Assembly: GCA_964035575.1 (NCBI GenBank)
Contig: OZ037841.1
Coordinates: 372,001 to 436,000, forward strand
Length of the DNA stretch: 64,000 bases
Source of the DNA: Rhynchopus sp. YZ270_cl-10
Lineage: Eukaryota
Direction: 5' to 3'
Position numbers and translations under genes: made by a program. Positions within the stretch are counted from its first letter, which is position 1; every line of letters starts with the position of its first letter. Shown here piece after piece: positions 36,157 to 49,121 of the stretch. A model generated the notes under the pieces. The model made no database searches. It worked only from the letters and a program-made list of their open reading frames with translations, and was not told where the DNA came from.

Positions 36157-37762
36157 CTAGTCCTCCTCCTCCTCCTCTTCCTCCTCGATTGCGAGAGATG
36201 CCTGTTGTGTCGTGGGATTGTTTTAAATTAGAACTAAAAAAAAAACTGAATCAGCGAGTTGCATACCTGGCTCCTGGAGACCTTAAAGCTTTTCATGTTC
36301 TTTGTGATATCTGCGATCGGGGCAGTGAACTTGTTGTCGGCTATCCAGACGTGTGCAAGCGACTCCTCAGGAGTCATGCGCTGTTCGGGGTTCACCACAA
36401 GAAGCTTTCTGATGAAGTCTTTTGCCTGTTTATGAAAAAAAATGTGATTAAATTTTGACCCATATTTGCCAAAAGTTACCGGCCAAATGAGGTGGTTATG
36501 GTCAAAAAACCCCCCAAAATAGAATTTTTTCTCATTTTTTCCACGGTATGAAAAGTGTGCTATATATATGGGTGGCTTTTTTTTGCCCCCCCACGTTTCA
36601 TTTCACGAAACATTTTTCCGCGGCAAAGACAATTTTCAGCTTTAAAAAAAAAAAAAAAAAAAAATTTTCCCCTGACAGGGCCTGTGCTCGAAAAAAAAAA
36701 TTTTTTTTTCTTTCCAGCTGAAAATTGTCTTTGCCGCGGAAAAATGTTTCGTGAAATGAAACGTGGGGGGGCAAAAAAAATTCACCCATATTTCACCTCA
36801 ACTTCTTCTTTAAAAAACGGTTAACATACGTCCTCGGAAATGTTGGTCCAGTACGGGTCTGGGAAGCTGTAGTCACCTGCCGTGATGGCACGGAACAGCG
36901 ACGGCGTGTTCTCGTCGAAGAATGGGCAGAACCCACACAGAAGCACGTACACGATCACCCCGACAGACCACATGTCCACAACAAACGTGTAGCCGCGCAT
37001 TTCGTTCAGCAGCACCTGTGGCGGGAGTAAATACGGTTTGTGCACTTTTACTTTTTGTTTTAAGAACCTTCTACGAACTCAACATCACCCACAGAAGAAA
37101 AACACAATCAACAATTCTTTGACTAGAACTATACAAAAACATACCTCTGGCGCAACGTAGTTAGGTGAACCACATGCGGTGCGGGCAAGCGCATCACCGG
37201 ACCAGATTTTCGCGAGCCCGAAGTCGGAAATCTTGATCTGCGCACTCTCGTCTTCGGGGTTTGCGAAGAGCAGGTTCTCTGGCTTTAAATCTCTGTGAAT
37301 GATACCCTTGCCGTGGAGGTATTTCACAGCTTCTATGATCTGGCGGGCGAGGTCGGCTGCCTGCTTTTCGGAGTACCCGTTTGGGTAGTCGTTGCAGATC
37401 TTGTCGAAAAGTTCACCCCCGGTCATAAGCTCCATGATCAGGTACAGCTTGTCGTCGTCCTCGAAGACGTCCAGCAGGTTCACAATGTTCGGGTGCTTCA
37501 CGTTCATCAAAATCTTTACCTCCGTCTTCAGCGACTCAATCTTCACATCGATACTGTTCTTATCAATAATCTTAATCGCAACCTTTTCGCTCGTCTTGTA
37601 GTGTCGCCCCGCCCGCACCTTCGCAAAGCTCCCCCGCCCCAACTCTTCACCGAAAGCGTAGTGGTCCTCCACACGCGAGTCATTCAAATTAAAAATCCGC
37701 TTTTTTTCCGCCTTTTTCTGTTTTTTCTTCCCCCTCAACCGAGACAAAATCGTTGTTTTCAT
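36157..37762 (-). CDS. CAMK-group Ser/Thr kinase (CaMK1-like); exons 37762-37145, 37015-36830, 36425-36267, 36201-36157
   Basis: LGRGSFAKV, VAIKII, HRDLKPENLL, DFG, CGSPNYVAPE, DMWSVGVI and AKDFIRKLL. Three GTATG..CAG introns keep the frame. Confidence 0.93.
36570..36787. mobile_element. Foldback MITE flanked by ATAT, in kinase intron 2
   Basis: About 70-bp near-perfect inverted repeat GGGTG..TTTTTTTGCCCCCCCACGTTTCATTTCACGAAACATTTTTCCGCGGCAAAGACAATTTTCAGCT. ATAT flanks. Confidence 0.9.
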
Positions 37763-38741
37763 CGAAAAGGTAAAAAAACCCCGGGGGGTTTTTGGGGGGG
37801 TGGCAGGGGGGGAAAGGAGAGGGAGGGAGGCTCTGAGAAAGGTGTTACAAAGGGCTGCGGGGGGGTGTGCGCTATTGTGTGTGTCTGGGTGGTGCGGAAA
37901 GGGTAGGGCGTAGTAATAATTATTGGAATCAGTTGTCCAAATAAATTTTGCAGATTTGGGGATTTTTTTAAAAGTAATTTTTGCAGGTATGGTTTGGGGT
38001 TTGAAAATGTTTCTTGTTTTGAAACTGCTTTGTGCTCTGTTTATTTTTGATTAGTGTTGTTGTACACTTATATCATAGGGGCGTTTGGCGTTTGTTTAGG
38101 CAGTGTTCAGCTGAAGCTGCATGACCTGAGAGGAAATGAGTAGAGTTGAAATACAAAGCCCTCTCGTGAACAGTACACCTTGGTACAATGACCGGCTGTA
38201 CCGGAGGGGGACAGGGGTCCGGGGGGGTGGACACCCAATCATGCAGTCCTACAATCCATTTTTCGTGGTCTACATCTGCATCTCATAAAACAAAAAATGT
38301 ATTTTTCTTTGTTTTGGTTTTGCTCTCTTTGTGTTTTTTTTTTTTTTTTTGGGTGGGGTATGTGGGACAGGGGGGGAAGGGGATCCTTTCTCTTTGTTAT
38401 TATTTTTTTTTGTCGTTTTTTTTTTGTTTGTTTTGCTGTTTTCCTCAATTCATCCTTGTGTGTGTGTGTGTGTGTGGGTATTTTATGTTAACTGTTCATT
38501 TTAAAAATCCCGTTTTATCTGTCTGACTCAATCACCATAAAAATAAAAAATAAAAAAACAGAGATGTGTCAAGTCTACAATATGCACCTTTTGAAAGGTT
38601 CTTTAGTTTTTATTTGTCATCGATGAGAAGACATTTGTTGCTTTTTTTGTTTTTTTTTTTTGAAAACTTGGTTGTATTAGTGTAGACACCCGAGGATGAA
38701 CTCCACTGTACGCTTTTTTGTTGCTTTTTTTTCTCTTTTTT

Positions 38742-39291
38742 CACGGGTCAGGAAAGATCTTTTGTCTTTTTTTGTCTTTTTTCGAGAGAAAAAAAAAAAA
38801 AATCAAGATTTTCAGGATTTTTGTCTTTTTTTTTCAGGATCTCTCGAGATCTTTGAGATCTTTGAAAAATCCTGAAAAAAAAAGGAAAAAAAGGAAAAAA
38901 AGAGAAAAAAAGATGAAAAAGATCTTGAAAATCTTTTTTTTTCTCAAAAAAAAGATAAAAAAGATTTTTGGGATTTTGAAAAATCTTTTTGGGAAAAAAA
39001 AAAAAAAAGATTTTGAAAATCTTTTTTTTTTTTGAAAACTTGGTTGTATTAGTGTAGCCACCCTAGAGTGTGCTCCACTATACTTTTTTTTTCAAAGATT
39101 TCTCAAGATCTCGAGATTTTTCATGAAATTTCATGGATTTTTCCAGGATTTTTCAGGATTTTTCCAGGATTTTCAAATCTTTTCTCTTTTTTTTTTTCTC
39201 CCAAAAATCTTTTTTTTTTTTTTTTTTTCGGGAGAAGAGGATTTTTTTTCTCGAAAAAAAAAAAAAAAAAAAAGATCTTTCCCGACCCGTG
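38742..39291. mobile_element. CAC...GTG TIR element in a T-run, containing a family A copy
   Basis: TIR CACGGGTC(A/G)GGAAAGATCTTTT with AGATC/GATTTT-rich internal repeats. TSD length cannot be resolved (poly-T). Confidence 0.8.
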
Positions 39292-40634
39292 TTTTTTTAT
39301 TGTGTTGTTTTCATAAATCTGTATTTCGAAAACTTGGTAATGTAAAGGGAATTAGTGTAGACACGCGAGGATGACTTCACTAAGGTCTTTTTTTTTTTTT
39401 GCTTTTTTAATGTTTTTTTGTTTGTTTTTTTTGTTTTTGTTTTTTTTGTTTTTGGTTTGGTTTTCCTTTTTTTGCTTTTTTTTGCTGTTTGTTTTCGTTT
39501 TTGCTTTTTCCTTTCCCCTTTTTTTTTGTAATAATGCCCCACACCCTTATACTTCCCTTCCCCACACGCTTCTATGTTCTGTTCGTTCTGCCCAGACCCT
39601 TCGGAAGGTTAAAATGTTGTTTTTTTTTTGTTGTTGTTGTTGTTTTTTGTTTGTTTTTTTTTGTTTGTTTTTTTTTAAATTTTTGTTGTTTTTTTTTTTT
39701 TTTTTTTTTTTTTTGTGTTTGGTTGCAATATTTGATGCTGTTGTCACAGAAGGAAACTGCCAGATCCCTGCAGGGCCAGTTTTGACTTTCCTTCGCTATT
39801 GCTTAGTTTATTTTTGGTAGTTATATTTGTTGTTGTTTTTTTTTTTTTGTTCATTGTGGTTTTTTATAACAAGAACGTCTCGCAAAAAAAAAGGGGGGGG
39901 AGTGAGGAGAGGAGGGGAATGGGTAAGATGCTACTAAGCTATTTTGCTTAGCCACATCAAAAAAAAAAAAAATTGTTCTGGAAAAAAAAATCAAAATGCA
40001 CATTTTTTTTTTTGTACGTTTAATTGAAACATCGGTGAGGAATGTACCTCGTTTCACACATCAGTGGATGTGTTCCACCATTAGTTTCTTTGTTTTAGAT
40101 ACATAGATGGTGTGGGTGTATCTACCCCACCTCTGGTACGAAGCTCAGGTGGTGGGGACGTCTGACCACCTATTTGCACTGCCATTGTCTCCCTTGGCTT
40201 TTTTTCAAAAAAAAAAAAAAAAAAAAAAAAGGTGTTACTTCCTGCTCCCTCACCCCTCCTTCTTGCAGTTGTTCTATACGTTTACGCTTCATCTTGTAGG
40301 GTGGTGTTGCGGAGCACGGTTGGGGTGAGTGAACCGACGTGACACTTTCCGCTCACAAAGTAGTGCACGGAGTCGGCCCAAAATGAGCGGACCCTTTTGG
40401 GCCGACTCCACCGTGTGTGTGAAAAAAAAAAAAAATGTTTTTCTGAATAACTCTCAAGAGAATCATCTGATCAGGAACGCAGTTAAGACGACCTGTGAGG
40501 AAGGTACCTTTCCTCCATTTTTTTTTTTTTGAAAAATTTAAAATAAAAAAAGCATGCACCATGTATAAAAACGGACTATTTTTGCAGAAGAGAAAATAAC
40601 AGAACAAAAGTGGGGTCTGTGCCCAAATGGAATA

Positions 40635-40993
40635 GGGAAGGCTCGTTTTTCCTTTTAATGTTACAAAGTAACAATAAACCATTTTTCCCGGTAACCCCCC
40701 CCTCCCCACCCCCTATGTTACACGGAAAAACCGTTTTTCCGAATTTTCATTTATTGTAACAACAAGGCGCAGTGGACGTGCACATCCGAAAACACCCGCA
40801 TTTGCATTTCCGGAATCCGTCCGCACTGTGGTGGGGTCAATCTGCCGAAATGGACAAGTTCTTGTTGTTGGAAAAAGCCACTTTTTCCCGCCATTGTTAC
40901 AAAAAAAAAAGTTTTTTCCCCGGATTTCGGTCGGACCCCCTCCCCCCCCTTTATTGTTACTTTGTAACATTAAATGGAAAAACGAGCCTTCCC
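40635..40993. mobile_element. PIF/Harbinger-like MITE
   Basis: About 45-bp TIR GGGAAGGCTCGTTTTTCC.TTTAATGTTACAAAGTAACAATAAA. 3-bp TSD ATA. Confidence 0.85.
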
Positions 40994-41956
40994 ATACAAA
41001 AAAAAGGCTTTTTTTAAAAAATTATTGTGCCTTTGAAACAATTCTCCTGCCCCTTGGTATTTGCACTGTCACGAAGCCTTCACTGTCGCTCTGTGAAATC
41101 AAGAGCAAATACAAGGCAGGGTCTTAAGCTAGCTGACTATCAAACAAAAAAAAAAAGTTTATAAGATGAACCTAAGCCTCTTCGTGCTGAGCCACCTTTA
41201 AAAAAAAACGATTTTCTTCATAAAACTTTTTTTTGTCGTTGATATAATTGTTGCGATTGTGTAGTTGCGCCCACCTCGTGTACAATCTTTCACCTTCAAC
41301 GTTTAAAAAAAAAAAAGAAAAGAACAAGACATGACCTCTCTCCCACCCAACCAACCCCACACCCTAAATAGTACAGTAAAAAAATGGGGAGAAAAATTGT
41401 GTAATTTTCGTAAATAAAACAAAAAAGGAGAAAAAGGTTGGACAAGATAAACTAAAGCCTCCGTGCTTTCAGCCACCTTTACAATGGGGTGAGGGAGGGG
41501 GGATTTTCCGTTTACAGCGAGCGGCATATGCGTTGCTAAAATAAATGCTCCATTTACATTTTGTTGCTTAGTATAGACACCCTAGAGTGTGCTCCACTAT
41601 AGCTTTTTTTATATATATCTGTGTAGCCGCCATTGTGTTGTGTCGACAATCGTCTTAAGTTATCACACCTTCGTGGGTCAGTACTTTTATTTGTTATTAT
41701 TGTCGACAAGCGTCCACCGAGAATTTTGTCGGGGATACTTGGAGATCGTTTTGCAAAATAAAAAGCATCATCAAAGTTACGCAATATTACCTTCAAAAAT
41801 GCCCATCTAAAAAAAAATGGTATCACGCTCGTCCCTTTTGGCTGGATATCACAGCAAAGGATATTCACACCACAACGATACCTTCCCACCATTAAACCTG
41901 CTCACCCCAAGGAATAACAAAAAGAAAAAAAAGAGAAAAAAATCGGGGGGGTATTT

Positions 41957-43742
41957 CTACTTCTTCCCAACATAGGTGAAATTTTTGAAATTTTCGCAGT
42001 TTCCACCACCACCGTTCCCTGCCTTGGCCATGGAGTGGCGGGCAGGTTCTGAAGTGAATTCGTCGTCGAAATGCAGCTTCGAGGGGTCCGGCTTGAATGG
42101 GACCTGGTGTGGTGTGATTATGGGGCAGGGGGATGGGAAAGGTGATGGGGAAGGTGGAGATGGAGGTGGAGGTGGGGGGCATACTGGGAGCGCCTTCGCC
42201 ATCATCTTGTCCCACTGCATGTCCGCGAAGAAGGGGTGGTTTTTGAAGTCATCAATCTCCTGCATGCGCTCGTCAGGGTCTCTTTCAAGCATCTTGGTGC
42301 AGATGGACTTCGCCGCTTCGCTCATGCCTTGCGAGCTCTCGTCCGTGAAGTTCAGTGGCTTGCGCTGTTGTGTTGTGTGGTGGCAATATGATGTAAAGGA
42401 ATATGATATTATCAGGATGTGGAACGCAATAGGACCTTTTATTTTCCACATATTGTTTCGATACTCAAGGCTACCCGAAGGGGCTTTGTTACATACCAGA
42501 ATCAGCTCGTACATGTCGTTGACATTCTCAGAGTAGAACGGGGGCAGACCGGTGACCATCTCGTAGAGCAGAATACCCAGCGACCACCTGTGGGTAGGGT
42601 GTTTTTGTGTGCTTGTGTCAACCTGTGACATACCAGTCGACTGCCTTTCCGTGCCCACCTCCGGTCAAGAACTCCGGCGCAAGGTACTCGGGGGTACCAC
42701 AGAACGTTTTCGCTGTAGAATTATTGTTATTACAAAATTGGCCTATTCAATATTTGAAAACTTGGTTGTATTAGTGTAGCCACCCTAGAGTGTGCTCCAC
42801 TATAATATTTTTTGTAAACCACCCCACAGATATCCAGGAAACACACAGACTCTCTCTCTCTCTCTCTCTCTTTTAAAGTCACTAAGAGAATTCCTGTGAC
42901 ATACCATCTTGCCCCTGGATGTTCGGTTTTGCAAGCCCAAAGTCTGTGATACAGCAGTTCCCGTCTTTGTCGAGCACACAGTTCTCCGGCTTGAGGTCTC
43001 TGTAGATGATGTTAAGGGCGTGGAGATGCGAGATGGCGAGACCTATTTGCGCTGTGTAGAACTTTGCACGCGGTTCGGTGAAGACGCCACACTGCGAGAG
43101 GTGGAAGAAGACCTCCCCTCCCGAGAGGAAGTCGAGCACGAGGTACAGCTTGTCCTCGGTCTGGAAGGCGTAGTGCAACTTGACGATGAAGGGGTGGTTG
43201 ATCATGCCGAGAATGTTCTTCTCTGCGTTGGTGTGGTCGACGAGGTTCTCACGGAGGATCACTTCTTTGTACATTGACTTCATCGCGTAGATCTCCCCGG
43301 TGTCCTTCTTACGTACCTGCATTACCTTGCCGAAGGATCCTTTTCCTACTACACAAAGTGGCTCAAAGTCGTCCAGCCCCACCGCCCCTCTTACTTCTTC
43401 ATCATCGCTGTCCCCCTGCACCTGAAGTCCTGGCCCGCCAGCCTCCTTACTGTTCGTAATCGCGTCCATCCACCCCTTCTTCTCCTCAGCGGAGGAAGCA
43501 AAGAGGGTGTACGGTTTGCTCAGGGCGGGGCCTTGGATTGTAAAGGAAAACTTTTTTTTCGGGTCGTCCTGGCAGACAGTATCCTGCAATTTAATGCACC
43601 CTAAAGGCTTGGCGCCGTCTGATGCCGGCTTTTCTTTGTAGTAATACAAGTTCTTTCCCATCAATTCAAACCACCTGTCCTGGTCTCGCTTCAAAGCCCC
43701 TCCACCAGATTTCTTTAGCATGCCACTCATATCGGCGGACAT
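41957..43742 (-). CDS. PH-domain AGC kinase (Akt/PKB-like); exons 43742-42905, 42712-42634, 42587-42497, 42364-42185, 42103-41957
   Basis: N-terminal PH domain, [47 protein letters not shown] and a C-terminal FDDEFT...FKNFTY hydrophobic motif. Four GTATG..AG introns keep the frame. Confidence 0.93.
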
Positions 43743-44206
43743 TGTAAAAAAAAAAAAAAGAGGGGGGTAAAAAAAAAAAAGGCAGGGGAAGAGAGAGAAG
43801 TAGTGTGTTGTGTGTGGTCTGTGCTCACAGACTAAAGGAAAGGTTGGATGGAGCAAAAAAAAAAAAAAAAAAAACGCAACAAAAAAAAAAAAAAAAGTCA
43901 AGAGCAAAAACTAAAATAAACCAAGAGAAAGGGTGTAGTGGAGTGTGGGGGGTGGGGGGGTTTCTGGAGAGTGAGAGGTGAGGTAACACATGATACGATA
44001 GGACTGACAGCGAGGGAGATACAGGGAAGGCCTCAATTTTTTTTTAAATATATTTTTTTACCAAGAAATATACCTACATTGTCCTCTCCCTTTGGAGTGG
44101 AAACTCCAAAAAAAAAGTTGATAGTGCAAACACCCTCTGTGGGTGACTCGAACCCTCTCGATCGAGGAAGTGCTTGGGGACAAAAAAAATACACAAAATT
44201 TGACTC

Positions 44207-46328
44207 TTAGGGAGGTGCGGAATCCAATGCAAATTTAAGCGCGGCCTCTCTTTTTGAGTCTGCTAGCTCGTAGGGGTTGTCGTGGAGATATTGCGCTTCG
44301 TCAAGAATGGAGGTGACTTTGCTCCAGCTTGGTCTGAGAGCAGCATCGAGTTTAGAGAGGCGTGCTATGTGTTCTCGAAGGAAAGCCATTTCGTCGGTGA
44401 CACCGAGGGTCGCTGCTGCATGGCCAGATGCACCGGTTATTGCTGCAGTAGTGTTCATTTTGGTATTTACTGCCTCAAGAACAGCCAGTCTCGCTTCCTT
44501 CTTGCTCAGAGATTCACCACAAACTGTTGCAAAGTGTGTGTGCATGTCTAGCGCATTCTTGCCCTCGCTGAGCTTAAATTCTGTCATAGTTTCGGATACA
44601 CATAAATCATCTGCAGCGGACCGTAACGTCATCAGCGCTTCTTGGCTAACCTGCTGCAGACTCGCGTGAAGCTGGCTTTGTCTCGCGACGCACACCTCAA
44701 AGCGATCTTTTATTGCATTGTTGTGGTCCATCCAGGCGTTGAAGTGCATGATGCGCATAGCGTCCTCCTCAACGTCCTTTGCTAGGGCCTGCAGTAAATG
44801 GACCTTCTCCGTTTGTAGGTGTGGCAGCTTCAGAAGCTCTGCGTGCACGGCAGCAAAGACGGCCTCCTGTTTTTTATTGTTGTCCTTGATTTTTTGCATG
44901 AGGCGAGTGCGGCGTTCAAGAAAACGTTCGGAATGGTCGTCAGATAAAGCTTTCTGTACGTTGCGCCCGGTCATGACCTTTCGGAGGTCGGCTTGAAGGA
45001 GTTTACGTGTGGCCTCAACAGACTTCATGCGAGAACGTACGTGAACTCCGGTTTCTTCGCGAAATGTTGTCAGTTCCTGTTCAAACTCCTCGGCCTCTCC
45101 TTTGGCCATGCGCACAGCGGTGAGTCGTGTGTCCTGGATGGCAAGCAGCTCCGACAGCGTGGCAAGCATTGTATTGCTCAACTCATCAACCTCGTCAGTG
45201 TCCTCCATCAGCACAGAGGCGTCGAGGCGAGCCTTCGTGATCGAGACCGCTTCCATCAGGGACACGGTTTTGGCGTCGCTTTCCTGTATTTTTATTTTGA
45301 TAAATTGTTGGAGTAGTGTAGTTACCTCGGTTGTGTTGCCATTTTTGAATAATTGGTGTGGTTCAAACCCCCAAAGTACACCACAAAATAATCACAAAAG
45401 AAGTCCAAAATTACACATTTTTGAGGGGTGTTTTTTTTTTTTTTGTGAAAATTCTTGAAGATGCCCGACATATTTGAAAGGTACTCATTGTCATTTTGCA
45501 TATTTCCTTTCCCCCATGCCATACCGCCAGCTCGCCACGGAGGTAGGAAAAGACGTCAGTCCCTACAAGATGGATACCTTGCACAAGGCGTTCTGTGGTC
45601 TCCTCACCGTAGGAGAGTGCGATGCAGTCTTGCATCTCGCTGCGGGCTGTCTTTGAGAGGGGCTGTCTGTCGCCGTCGACGCCATTGATGAGCGTGCACA
45701 GCGTTGCGAAGCAGCGCTTCAACGCGTCCTGCGTCCACTCCTCGCGTGTCAGGTCGTCCACCTCCGCGATTTTTGTGACAAGCCCGCAGGCGTTGGTGAT
45801 GGTTGCTGCATTAGGCTTGGCAGCTTCGCTTGAGGACGCAGCATGCACTGCGACACCTGAAGGGAGTGGTGTGGAAGAAGGGGGCAAAAAGGGGGAGGGG
45901 GTGGGGACGGTACCGTTGGTGTATTCCTTGAGGTTAGACAACAGCTGCGCACTCACCTCATGCTGGCTTTCCTTGTGTTTCACGATGCTTGCGATCGTCG
46001 CAGCGTGGTTGCTCGTTGTCGCCGCGTTTGTGTCGAGGATCTGTTGCATAAGCTGCTGGTTCACTGCGGCGTGCTGGCTGGGGTAGTGCTCGAAGCTTTC
46101 CCCTGAGACGGTACTCACAGTAGGGTACTCGAGCACGCCTGTTGGAGGCTTGGAGACAGACTCGGGCACATCGTCTGAATGGTCTGGCAGCGGGTCCATG
46201 AGCTCAAACACAGGCACCACTTCCGCTGCTGGGGACTGGTCGATCACATTGCTGTCACCTGACACAGTGTGTCCAGCGTACCCTGCCTCACCACGACTAA
46301 ACTTTCGATGATCAAGAACGCTGGTCAT
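44207..46328 (-). CDS. Divergent paraflagellar rod (PFR) family protein; exons 46328-45525 and 45283-44207
   Basis: Coiled-coil C-terminal half resembles PFR1/2 as I recall them: KIKDNNKKQEAVF..L..L.TE (cf. FIQEN..RQ.EAW...L.TER), GESLSKKEARL (cf. GQLVYKKEKRL), LDEAQYLHDNP (cf. LNQAGIEFVHP). In-frame GTATG..CAG intron. Start codon uncertain. Confidence 0.7.
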
Positions 46329-47450
46329 GGTGTTGTCTTGAACATAGCCTGGAAAAAAAGGGGTTTTGAGTTGTCGCATAGCATGACAATACATCAGGGT
46401 GGACCCCCAATCATCGAGGTATACATCTGATATACCCTCCTCCCGCTTCCTCTCATCACTCAGAGTGAGTGGGGATCATTGGAAGCGGTCATGGGTCCTG
46501 TGCAAAAAAAAAAAAAAAATGTTCAAAAAACCCTGGGGAAAGGTGTGCTGTCTGTACCCTCTTAGCGGCCAGGGACAGAGGAGGTGCTCACATTATGTGT
46601 CAACCCGCACAACGAGTAAAAGAGGCACCAGTCGGATCGCAAAGACCCAGCTAGCCCACACAGAACAACACGTACCGCCAGGGCTAGTTACTAAATAACA
46701 AGAAATAGAAAACGACTTCAGGATATGACAGTTAAATGAAATAAAGAAAACACTTTTTCGTTTATCGCACCGCAAAAGGTTTGTGTTTTTCACTGATGAA
46801 TGTGAGTGATGTTAGTGGAAAAACAATACGCTAAAGCGGGCACGCACCATCCGTCGTTTTCCATTTCTATTCGTCAATGCTTGATAACACAATAAAAAAA
46901 AGGGGGTAGTAGGGGTCTTTGTTGTTTGGAATGTTCTTTTTGGCTTCAAAACTTGAAGGGAGTTGAGTCTGGGATGGGGAGATTGGGGTAATATTGTTCC
47001 CCTTTTTGTTGCTTTTTAAAAAAAGGAAAGGGGGGGTGATGGGGTATTGAAGAAGGCACAGAACGAAGTGAAAAAGAAAAAAAAAAAAGAAACGAGAGAA
47101 AACAAAAGGGGTTAAACCGTATAGATGGCAGTTACACGGTTCCGATGAAGGGGGGGATTTTTTTCCTCCTAAAAAAGGGAAGAACAAATGAATCTTTTTT
47201 AAAGTGATTGCAAGGCGTCTCACGGACACAAAACAACCAAAGAAAAAGAGAGAAAAAGTTTGGATAAGATGAACCTAAGCCTCACTGTGCTTTTGTCTAC
47301 CTTAAAGTTGATGGTGCAAAGAGCAGAAAAAGAACCCCTCTGATCTCAAAGGATCGAGGTTTTTGCACTGAGTAAAAAAAAAAAGAAGAGAATTTGGTTG
47401 TAAGACGATCTATAAAAAATGTGTAGCTCATCTTTAAAAAAAAATACCCT

Positions 47451-47525
47451 AAAGTGAAGTTGATAGTGCAAAAACGCCTCTGGGACGCAGGCAATTGACA
47501 CTCCGCGGGGGGGTATCGAACCCCC
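47451..47525 (-). repeat. Family D repeat, candidate tRNA-derived SINE, most complete copy
   Basis: Plus-strand AAAGTGAAGTTGATAGTGCAAAACGCCTC(TGGGACGCAGGCA.TTGACACTCC). Copies at about 1120, 3069, 3967, 17735, 18130, 44115, 49868 and 57072. The minus strand begins with a T-arm-like GGGGG-TTCGATA-CCCCC. Confidence 0.7.
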
Positions 47526-48835
47526 AAAAAAAGGTGGGGAAGGAGAAGAAGCGGCCACCCTACTAAAGATAGGCCTTCGGGAATTCCCAATTACTTTTTT
47601 TTAAAAAAAATTTACCACATTGTGGTATCGCTTGTTGGTGTTGTTGTTTGCCTTTTCGTGGGGGGAAAAATCTAGGATAACAGACGGCACACCTTATCCC
47701 CAAAAAAAGGTGTGGTTGAGCAGAGATTTTTTTTGCATTTTTTTTTTTTTTTGTCAAACAATCGCCTACTCTGCAGTGCTTTGCACTCAAATACCACCCC
47801 CGGCAAAAAAAAATTTTTTTGTACCAAAAACGCTTTTTATGAGTGCGCTATGCATTATTTATTGTCATTTTTTTTTGTACACCGACTTTTTTGACAGCGC
47901 ACATTTTTTTTTTTTTTCTTCGTTTCGTTCTCAGATTTTTTTGTTTTCGTTGTTTTTGGGCTAAAGGCCAAATGAAAGAACATATTTGAAAAGAACACTT
48001 CAAAATCCCGACTTTGGGGGAAAATTTTTTATTTCCCAATTGTCACTGCACCAAATACTTGTATGCCTCGCTCTGCTCGGCAAACAACTGTTTTTTTTTC
48101 CTGGGTTTAGTCAGTTATAATAAGATCTCTGTTTGTATGCGCTACTGCATCGTTGTGTCCCCACTCTACCCGGAGGGGGAATAGTCTTTCCAGAAAGAAA
48201 AAAAAAAAACACTGACAACAAAAATAAACAAAATAATAATGAAGTAAAGTTGAAGGAGGTAGTACAGCACTGTAATAAATAAATAAAGTGCGTGTGTGTA
48301 TAATGATTACTTGTGGCAGACACAGAGCGTTTTTCCCCCTATGTATTTGTCTTTCATTTTTTTTTTTTTTTTTAAAGGCGAGCAATCCCCTCGGTAGAAC
48401 GTTGCTCTATTCTTTTCTCTCTCAAAACAGGTTTTGAGAGCAGCTTTACTTTGCGACAAGGGGGGGTCGGTTGCAGATACAAAATTATACGTTTTTTTCT
48501 CCTCTCCCCACAATGAACTTTTTCTTTGGTGGGGTTGGGAACGCATACGATACCTTACAGACACCCCCCTTTACATTATTTTAATAAAGCAAGAACGGAA
48601 GAACGAAAAAAAAAAAAAAAAAAAAAGGCAAAGAAAAACAAACAGAGAGAGAGAAAGGTATACCTTGTGTCGAATGAGTCTCGCAGTCCATTTAAAACAT
48701 TTTTTTTTTTTTTTGAAAAGAATAAAAAAACACCCTGTTTGTTTACAATGAAAAATATTGCAAAAATGGGGGGTTTTTTTGTGACGAACTAAAGAATAGC
48801 GCCACAGAAAGTACTATCGAAGGTAAATAATAATT

Positions 48836-49121
48836 TGGTGCTCCGGGAGGGGTCGATATTGACAGGTCGCTGACACAGGGACTCTATACACACACCCCCT
48901 GATATTGACAGGGCACCGACAGGTCGTTGACCGACTTCCGAAAGCACCATAATTGGTGCTCCTGATAACCCCATTTTGCGTACTTGTTGCGTACTTGCTG
49001 CGTACTTGTTGCGCACTTTGTGCACGAAAAAAAAAATACAGGAATACCCTATATTGCGTACTTGTTGCGTACTTAGTGCGTAGTTGTTGCGTACTTGGTA
49101 TTTTTTATTTCTGGAGTACCA
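48836..49121. mobile_element. Two adjacent TGGTGCT mini-elements (48836-48949 and 48954-49121)
   Basis: The first has TSD TAATT. The second has TSD ATAAT and sits in the right TSD of the first. Confidence 0.85.
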
